From positions 39,841 to 103,840 of the IMG/VR virus record IMGVR_UViG_3300005253_000017: a DNA stretch of 64,000 bases; one strand, 5' to 3'. Positions 57,549-64,000 of the stretch are shown in pieces. The stretch is from a virus. The notes beneath the pieces were generated by a model. That model saw only the letters and a list, made by a program, of their open reading frames with translations, was not told the origin of the DNA and searched no databases. Position 1 is the first letter of the stretch, and each line of letters starts with the position of its first letter. A program made the translations under genes and the position numbers.

Positions 57549-58715
57549 TCACGCATCCTTCAAGTTCCACCTAGTAAAGTTGAACCACCCATATTTCGGA
57601 TGTACCAAGAAGCTCACCTGGAAGGGGTCACTGAACCGCCCACTCTGGGCGTCCAGCTCTGTGCTCCCACAGAGACACCCGCACTGTATTCCCAAGGGAC
57701 CGGCCCCAGCCACATGCCAGTGAGCCCTCAACCTATCATCGAATCTCTTACCGACCCTCATCCTTTTCAAAGCCTCGCGTCCGTCCTCGCGGGCGAACCC
57801 GTAGTAGGGCAGTCCCATGTAAGCCCTAATGCTGTCCCCGTGGTCGGCCAGATATCTCTGACCCGCAATGTCAACCTCGGCCTTCTGAGCATCATGGGAA
57901 ATCCACTTCACGTTCTTGTGGTCCCTCAGCATCTGCCTACACAATTCACCGATGACATGATTCCAAGAATTCGTGCCCCTATGCTTAGAACCCTTCTTCT
58001 TGGTCAACCTAGAGTGGTTGTCAACCTTCAGCTGATGGACAACGACATTGGGGAATATACCAGCCTGAACGGTGAGGAACCTACTGATCAAATGACTCGC
58101 CTTGACTACCGCCTCAGGCAGCGGGAACTCGGCGTAGGCTATCAGCTCGTCGTGGATGTTTCCGGTTATCATATCGCCCATGATCGGCACGTGAAGCTCG
58201 TTTATCTTGTGTCCATGCCTCTCAGTCAATACCCATTTCGCGACCTTGTCGGCTAGGAAATCTACTCGCCGCTCTGCTATCGCATAATTGAAGGCATTGA
58301 ATCCCTCAACCTCGCCCTCGTCTATCTGCTCGCCAATATGCCAGTCAGCTATAGGCGAACAGGCGGGAGTCTCAGTGTCGCTTACGTGGTCCTTCGGCAG
58401 CTTAATTCTCTTGGGAACCGGCAAGATTGGGACAGCTCCCAATATCTCATCGCTAATACGAAGAGAGTCGCCTAGGAGCTTCCTCAAATACGTGTTAGTG
58501 GACTGGAGGGAACGTACACGGGCCTCAGACGCGATTAAGCGAGACTGCACCGACTCCTCCTCCCTCGCGTCTTTGGCGATATTAGAAACAGACCCATAGC
58601 CATACGGGGTACCTGCCGCCTTAAGCTCCCTATGGGTCTGCTTTATCTTACCCTCGTTCTCTCCCAGCGCCTGCAATATAGTCTGTCTGTCGTCTTCTGT
58701 TAGCTTGCTTCTCAT
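57549..58715 (-). CDS. calcineurin-like phosphoesterase with N-terminal helical domain
   Basis: ADWHIGE, GDMITG, DNH, HGD, AHWH. Confidence 0.8.
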   Translation of the reverse strand: MRSKLTEDDRQTILQALGENEGKIKQTHRELKAAGTPYGYGSVSNIAKDAREEESVQSRLIASEARVRSLQSTNTYLRKLLGDSLRISDEILGAVPILPVPKRIKLPKDHVSDTETPACSPIADWHIGEQIDEGEVEGFNAFNYAIAERRVDFLADKVAKWVLTERHGHKINELHVPIMGDMITGNIHDELIAYAEFPLPEAVVKASHLISRFLTVQAGIFPNVVVHQLKVDNHSRLTKKKGSKHRGTNSWNHVIGELCRQMLRDHKNVKWISHDAQKAEVDIAGQRYLADHGDSIRAYMGLPYYGFAREDGREALKRMRVGKRFDDRLRAHWHVAGAGPLGIQCGCLCGSTELDAQSGRFSDPFQVSFLVHPKYGWFNFTRWNLKDA

Positions 58716-59139
58716 TTATCCTCCTGAGCTTTCTTCATTACCGTTCCCACCTGTTCTATTATACCCCCAACAATCTCGTCGGTCTCTTGGGAACGTAATA
58801 GGGTTACAAACGGATTGAGCCATTCGGCGTAATATTCAATGTCAGGTTTCCTGAAAAAGAACTCAATAAAATCTCCGTCGGGAAAATACTCAGCTATCGC
58901 ATCCTTATTCATTTATACTCCTTCGGATAAAATTCCGGGCACTCCCACACCGGCGTCGTAATACCTGTGAGCACGTCGAGCCGATACAGAGCATTAGCAA
59001 TCGGACAATTCAAATTCCTATTACCTTCCGTGTTAAGTTCATCGCATCTATAACACAAGCAATATTTCTGGTGCTTGCCCTTCAAGTCTTCCTCTACTGC
59101 AACCCAGGTTCCATGATGGATATATCTGACAACCGCCAT
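58712..59139 (-). CDS. two small hypothetical genes (58712-58912, 58909-59139)
   Basis: AGGAG RBS, ATGA coupling. Confidence 0.55.
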
Positions 59140-59314
59140 GTTATTCTCCTAACAATTCAGTTCCATGCTCACAGGGATGACTATCGTTTCGCCGTTTTTA
59201 CCGGCTTGTGACAATACTTCCCAAACTTTACTTCATACACCAACTCTGCGGGCCGCCAGACGAACATCCCAAGCTCCATATCATGTACCAAGATGTATCC
59301 GTCTCTTCTATCTT

Positions 59315-59452
59315 TCATTTGAACCACCTTCCCAATCCCCGACCAGTAACCTTGCCAGCCATTCGCCTGGCGATTCTCTTGCCTGTCTTGCCCTTACTCA
59401 CGGCGTTCACATCGCCAATCATTTTTGCCAACCAATATAGAAGTGCTCTCAT
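59315..59452 (-). CDS. 45-aa basic small protein (not in ORF track)
   Basis: MRALLYWLAKMIGDVNAVSKGKTGKRIARRMAGKVTGRGLGRWFK; coupled to neighbours. Confidence 0.6.
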   Translation of the reverse strand: MRALLYWLAKMIGDVNAVSKGKTGKRIARRMAGKVTGRGLGRWFK

Positions 59453-59453
59453 A

Positions 59454-59858
59454 TCACCACCATAAGTTCCTCAGATGCTCACCGAACAACTCCAGGCCGT
59501 CGTCAATTTTCATGTCCGTCGACACAGTTTCATCCACGTCACCATCATATGTCTTTATCAGCAGGTCGAACGCCTCTGTCATCTGATCAATCTTCTCGTC
59601 CCATTCTTCCTCAGTCATACCGGAAGGATAGCCGTTGTTAATCTCCTTAAACCGCCTCAGCCTCGGCAGAACGAACTTAGCGATTGGAATATCCAGATTC
59701 CAGGTATTATCATCTGACCACCCACGAGTCAACCTCTGCCAGAGGAACCGGAGCTTTCGCCTAAAAAGATAGAATCGGGTAGGCTCAGGAAAGGCCTCAT
59801 TTACTCTTTCAATCGCTTCGTCCATCTCTTCCTCATTCAATACTCTGAAGTCATTCAT
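59454..59858 (-). CDS. conserved-type phage hypothetical protein
   Basis: RGWSD..WNLD..LPRL..F..GYP..EEW..GLELF...NLW. Confidence 0.65.
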   Translation of the reverse strand: MNDFRVLNEEEMDEAIERVNEAFPEPTRFYLFRRKLRFLWQRLTRGWSDDNTWNLDIPIAKFVLPRLRRFKEINNGYPSGMTEEEWDEKIDQMTEAFDLLIKTYDGDVDETVSTDMKIDDGLELFGEHLRNLWW

Positions 59859-59864
59859 ACTCTA

Positions 59865-60773
59865 TTATACCCCATCCAGCTTGCTCTCCAGCCTTCGCCT
59901 AAACATATTTGCGGCCAAGCTCCCTATCGCTTTCCTGGCAGGCTTATCGATAACAGCTTCATCCTTAGACTCCTTCAACACATCATCCACCATTGCCCGT
60001 ATGACCTCCCCAGTATGCTCCACACCCTTCTCACCAACCATACTGCCCAATACGTGGGACAGGCGCATCTCAGTCACCCATTCCTCGGCTATCTCGTTGG
60101 CCTCAGTCAATACCTTCAACTTAGCGGAGTCTGTGACCTTCCTGGGGGTAACTGTTTCCTTGAACTCGTCTGACTTGTGCTTGGCGATTATCCTCTTACC
60201 ATTGTTCTTTCTAACCTCTATCAGGGGCCGAAGGACAATGCCTTCTCTTCGCTTATCCATCTTTCCAAGATTACGCCCCGCCTGGACAGAGAAAGCACCC
60301 CTCAGGCTATTTAAGACTTCAATATCGGTAGAAACTCTCGCATAATGAACGAACTCCAGATTCAACTGCAGGGCAACATCGGCAGCCTGTGGAACGGACA
60401 ACCACATATCGCCAATCTTGACCTCGAACACGATGAACTTTATCTGGTCGCCATAGGTCTCTTGCATACCCTGAATCTTGCCGCCGTACGCCTCACCGAA
60501 CACGACAACTTCAGGCAGACCGAGGGCCTCGAACCTCTTTTCCAGATCGTCCTGGTCAAACAGACTTATGAAAGTTTCATGTTTACATCCACCAGCGAAG
60601 AAGGAAAGAGGGGACGGAGAGATAATACCTCTTACTTCCTTCCAACTAATATGAGCCGACGTACCGTGAATCTTCTCTAAAGCGTAGCACTCCCGGAACA
60701 GCAGAATATCTTGATTCTTGTACAGGTTGTCAATATTCATATAGCTCATATCAGTCTCCTTCAACCATCCCAC
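59865..60773 (-). CDS. RNA ligase (Rnl2-like nucleotidyltransferase)
   Basis: EKIHGT (motif I), FGEAYG, REGIVLRP, AKHK. Confidence 0.85.
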   Translation of the reverse strand: MGWLKETDMSYMNIDNLYKNQDILLFRECYALEKIHGTSAHISWKEVRGIISPSPLSFFAGGCKHETFISLFDQDDLEKRFEALGLPEVVVFGEAYGGKIQGMQETYGDQIKFIVFEVKIGDMWLSVPQAADVALQLNLEFVHYARVSTDIEVLNSLRGAFSVQAGRNLGKMDKRREGIVLRPLIEVRKNNGKRIIAKHKSDEFKETVTPRKVTDSAKLKVLTEANEIAEEWVTEMRLSHVLGSMVGEKGVEHTGEVIRAMVDDVLKESKDEAVIDKPARKAIGSLAANMFRRRLESKLDGV

Positions 60774-61561
60774 CCAGCAAATCCTCTATGTACTGTGGAC
60801 TCATGTGCTCCCTCAACCATATTGTACCCTCTGGCAATCCCTCACCGTATTCGATACGGTACATTTGCCAAGATTCCATGCCCTTCGGGGGATTGTTCAT
60901 CAGCATCTCAATGAGTCGGGGTTTAATGGTCATGAGTGAGACTGCCTGTCCATTTCACAACCTTGTATTCGCAAATCATCACAATGTTGACACTGACAAT
61001 TTGGATGATTATGAGATTCCGGGGGCGGTGATACGTTAGTGCCCCCACTAGGTGGATACCGACCTTCCTTAGCCGAGCAAGCCGCTAATTGCTTCATCAA
61101 GGCTTCTGATAGTCGGGGTGGCTGGATATGGCGCGCTTTGCCGCTCACGTTCATTGTGCGGAGATACGCACAATAGGCTGAGAAATACGTCTCGCAGACA
61201 GTTTTTATCGCTTCCTCACCGTTCATCTTACCTCCTGCATAGCCTTCATCTCTTCCGGGGTCAATTTTAGAAACGCTTGATATCGAAGCAGGTCATTTTC
61301 TTGCAAATCAACTCTTGGGGGGACATAGAAAATTCCCGGTCCAAAAAAATTCCATCCCTTCCTCACGGTAATCCACCATGAATCTCCCACTTGTATGGCA
61401 GTTTCTGAAGAGATTGGCATATCCTTTTCATATGCCCCCTTCTTATGGGCATATGCCCTAGCCTCTGCTTCATTCTCGGCACTTAGCCGGGGGCTCTGAG
61501 ACGACCCATCCATGTCCGTATTCCAGAGAATCCAGACTTCCTTAAATTCCGGTTCACTCAC
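60751..61561 (-). CDS. three small hypothetical genes (60751-60933, 60930-61226, 61223-61561)
   Basis: ATGA coupling, AGGAG RBS. Confidence 0.5.
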
Positions 61562-61585
61562 ATCATTCTCCTATTCCATTATACG

Positions 61586-61659
61586 TGGGCAGAGGCAGAC
61601 TCGAACTGCCGACAACCGGGATTTTCAACCCCGTGCTCTACCAACTGAGCTACCCGCCC
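61586..61659 (-). tRNA. tRNA-Phe (GAA)
   Basis: GGGCGGG-TA-GCTC AGTTGGTA GAGC, CGGGG TTGAAAA TCCCG, GGCAG TTCGAGT CTGCC, TCTGCCC-A; no encoded CCA. Confidence 0.92.
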
Positions 61660-61894
61660 TTTCCTCAGCTTCCGCCTGCTTAATAAGAAGATCAGCGACA
61701 ATAGCTGTACAATATCCAGCGATCAATATATTCGTACCGATTTCGACATCCCCCGCCAACACTGCTTCTTCCGACGTGTTAGTCATCACCTCAACGATTT
61801 CCCTTAGTCTGACATCATCGCAATCTTCACGTAGCTTCTCTAACAGGACGTGGGTAAACTGCGGCGCTTGTGTGTTCTCAGAAATCGTTGTCAT
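61625..61894 (-). CDS. hypothetical protein running into tRNA-Phe
   Basis: GAGGAG RBS; stop lies in the anticodon loop. Confidence 0.55.
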   Translation of the reverse strand: MTTISENTQAPQFTHVLLEKLREDCDDVRLREIVEVMTNTSEEAVLAGDVEIGTNILIAGYCTAIVADLLIKQAEAEERAGSSVGRARG

Positions 61895-61936
61895 AATATC
61901 TCCTCTTCCATTACACCCTATCGGCCAGATCGTCCA

Positions 61937-62227
61937 TTATTTCTTCGTCTTCAACTTATTTGACTCGGGCCAGTACGTTCGATGTCCCTTGCCTCGTCTA
62001 TCGTTTCGATAACATTCATGCCAATGCCAATAAGCCGGACCCCAGTTCTCGTCATGAAGACACCAAGCGAAGAAGAAGGCCGCCGGAATCCAGGCAATTA
62101 CGGCCAGGACAAGGACGATGGCTCCCACCAATACTAGCATGGGAAGGGACGTCACCACTCGGCCAATCTTGCCTATTTTTGACCATCGCCATAGCCAATA
62201 ATTTCGATTTCTCTCTGTCTTTTCCAT
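61937..62227 (-). CDS. hypothetical membrane protein
   Basis: Long hydrophobic segment. Confidence 0.55.
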   Translation of the reverse strand: MEKTERNRNYWLWRWSKIGKIGRVVTSLPMLVLVGAIVLVLAVIAWIPAAFFFAWCLHDENWGPAYWHWHECYRNDRRGKGHRTYWPESNKLKTKK

Positions 62228-62245
62228 ATTCTATTATACTCCCAC

Positions 62246-62319
62246 TAGTCAAGACGGGAGTCGAACCCGATATTTCAGGCTTATAAGGCCAGCGTGGTTT
62301 TCCGTTCCACTCCTCGGCA
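62246..62319 (-). tRNA. tRNA-Ile(UAU)-like, degenerate
   Basis: D arm GTGG/CCAC, loop CTTATAA, GGG TTCGACT CCC; four stem mismatches and G at position 8. Confidence 0.6.
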
Positions 62320-62333
62320 ATGTCTTCACTTCA

Positions 62334-63530
62334 TTATACACCGACCATCTCGTATTGCCCGCAAATTCCTTCGATCATCGTTGCCAGCACATCGGCGTTC
62401 TTCTGTCCGAGCAGGGGCTTCCACATGCAGCCGGGCTGGTCTCCGGCAGCAATCGCCTGGAGGAGAGGAGTGAAGGCTTGGGGTCTCCCCCTAGTATTAA
62501 AACTAGTATGGCAAGACGAACAAAACGCAATAAGATTGCTTGGATTACTGTTCATTTTGTCCTCATCAATGTGATGAACGTCTAGATTCTTCCCGTTCTT
62601 CTCTGCGGATTTCCCACAAAGTTGACAAACATGGTTATCACGATCACGAATGCTTTGCTTGAGATCAGATGTCCATTTAAGGGAATATGGTTCAAAGGAC
62701 GAACCTCCCTTCCAATTATAATGATTCTGTCCACTTATTTTACGTCTAGCTTCAGCTGATTTTTTAATCCCCTTATGAGATTCACTCATTTTACATTTCG
62801 TTTCCTCTGAATGCTTTTTGCCATAATTAGGATTTCTTTCCCCGGAATTTATCTCACTCAACTTTTGTAGCGTTTCTAGGGAAGGCCTAACGCCCCTATG
62901 CGATTCACTCAATTTTCGCCTTTCTTCGGGGTCTTCATAACGTCCTGTTTGAGATTCACTCTGCTTATTACAAATCTTTCGGCTAAAAAGAGACACATTA
63001 GGATATCGCCTCCTATATTCAGCCATTGTTATGTTATGCGTCTTTAGATGAAAACCAGTAAGCACCTGAAAACGCTTATCACACTCTCGACAAACAACAT
63101 AGTCCTCCCCCTCTATCAATCCGCTAACATACAAATCTTCCTTTGGAGGGCAAAGTTTTAATCCCCTCTCCAAACAAGATTTCCTTTGTGCTTCACACAT
63201 TTTGTGTAAAGTTTCCGGGGAGTGTTTACGCCCCGCAGACTTCCTGCCTATTTTACGTTTAGTTTCTTCAGAATGTTTGTACCCCTTCATCGATGCAAGC
63301 CACTTGCTTATCCATTCGGGAGAACGTTCGCGGCCGCTGTTTGCTTTGCTCCGTTTATCATGACTATTTTGACTGACAATCAATGCGCCAAGATGAAGCT
63401 TCAAATAACTATCCTTTGTCATATGATGTATCTGCGTCAGATGCATGCCAAGTTCTTTCTGCCTTCTCCCACACACCTGACAAACTACATAATCAATGCC
63501 TTCCACCTTTTCAAAAAAGGACCACATCAT
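62334..63530 (-). CDS. HNH homing endonuclease with NUMOD3-like repeats and two C2H2-like fingers
   Basis: HSEETKRKI repeats, NWKGG, RDNHVCQLCG, DVHHID, NLIAFCSSCH. Confidence 0.9.
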   Translation of the reverse strand: MMWSFFEKVEGIDYVVCQVCGRRQKELGMHLTQIHHMTKDSYLKLHLGALIVSQNSHDKRSKANSGRERSPEWISKWLASMKGYKHSEETKRKIGRKSAGRKHSPETLHKMCEAQRKSCLERGLKLCPPKEDLYVSGLIEGEDYVVCRECDKRFQVLTGFHLKTHNITMAEYRRRYPNVSLFSRKICNKQSESQTGRYEDPEERRKLSESHRGVRPSLETLQKLSEINSGERNPNYGKKHSEETKCKMSESHKGIKKSAEARRKISGQNHYNWKGGSSFEPYSLKWTSDLKQSIRDRDNHVCQLCGKSAEKNGKNLDVHHIDEDKMNSNPSNLIAFCSSCHTSFNTRGRPQAFTPLLQAIAAGDQPGCMWKPLLGQKNADVLATMIEGICGQYEMVGV

Positions 63531-64000
63531 TCCTCATCCATTTCTTCAGATTCACTTGTGGCCCGACCAGCCATAGAAAATCCGGTGATTTCCTGAGTCT
63601 CAGTTATTGCTTTCCAGAGGCCCGATTCTGACTCTGGTATATAACAGGCAAGATACCAACAATTTTTAGGAATGACGGTATCATCCTTAATCATCTCGCT
63701 AGTCGTAAACACATTTTCCACGACAGGAGTCAGCACAGCATTTCCAGAATGCATGAACTTCATCTGCCCACCCGTTTTTATCATCCACGATTTCATCGCT
63801 TTGTACACAGCTTCCGGGGTCGCCCAGTCACCTTGCGAATCCAGCTCATCATCAGTCGCTTCATCATAACCAAAATAAACCGCGCCAGCCACTATCCTTT
63901 CAGTTTCCGATTTCAAAAACGGAACGCTTCCCTTCTCCACTTTCCCGGAGGCCGCCTCCACGCTCGTCTTGAATCCGTGAACTGCCAACCATTTCTTGGC
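63527..64000 (-). CDS. XkdF-like prohead protease core (5' end probably outside window)
   Basis: ERIVAGAVY, DSQGD, MH, VVE, W, EITGFSMAG; frame open to window edge. Confidence 0.82.
   Translation of the reverse strand, partial: AKKWLAVHGFKTSVEAASGKVEKGSVPFLKSETERIVAGAVYFGYDEATDDELDSQGDWATPEAVYKAMKSWMIKTGGQMKFMHSGNAVLTPVVENVFTTSEMIKDDTVIPKNCWYLACYIPESESGLWKAITETQEITGFSMAGRATSESEEMDEE

Noticed and set aside
57468-58256. Long opposite-strand or alternate-frame ORFs (e.g. 57468..58256 +, 1082..1825 -, 8670..9275 -, 31415..31993 +)
   Set aside because: They overlap motif-bearing genes, lack RBS and motifs, and are treated as shadow ORFs
51458-63526. Giant intron joining protease and scaffold
   Set aside because: Both genes have their own stop or start, the block holds oppositely oriented operons, and no group I/II core was recognised
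1-64000. CRISPR array, integrase, reverse transcriptase/DGR, stop-codon recoding
   Set aside because: No regularly spaced repeats or such enzymes seen. TAA, TAG and TGA all terminate well-coupled genes.

Overview
This window is a 64-kb slice of a large tailed dsDNA phage genome (siphovirus-like, standard code 11). The host cannot be read from the sequence. + strand 1-24 kb: Mre11 and a split Rad50, dCMP deaminase, HD hydrolase, a ~13-kb glycan-biosynthesis cluster (B12 radical SAM, GT9-like, deacetylase, GT2, GT4, capsule-synthesis GT, radical SAM-LicD fusion, two methyltransferases, two cytidylyltransferases, cupin, SDR, 2-hydroxyacid dehydrogenase), then primase, DnaB-like and SNF2 helicases. 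Two early-type cassettes of small genes (24.1-27.9 kb and 52.4-54.8 kb, +) start from near-identical promoters and share an AGGAGACAA ribosome-binding motif. The first ends in a sigma-like gene and the second contains a type II hammerhead ribozyme. - strand 27.9-51.5 kb: virion module (scaffold, HK97 capsid, decoration/fibre proteins, an embedded GT4, head-tail genes, two tail-tube paralogs, frameshifted chaperone, tape measure). - strand 54.8-64 kb: protease, phosphoesterase, RNA ligase, two tRNAs, HNH and an XkdF-like protease core. Best candidate new systems: (1) virion O-glycosylation at a Ser-Asp sequon that is strongly enriched in predicted surface virion proteins but absent from the major capsid protein; (2) three hairpins that display the antisense of the early-gene RBS, suggesting RNA-based shut-off of early translation. 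All calls come from motif reading by eye, without database searches.
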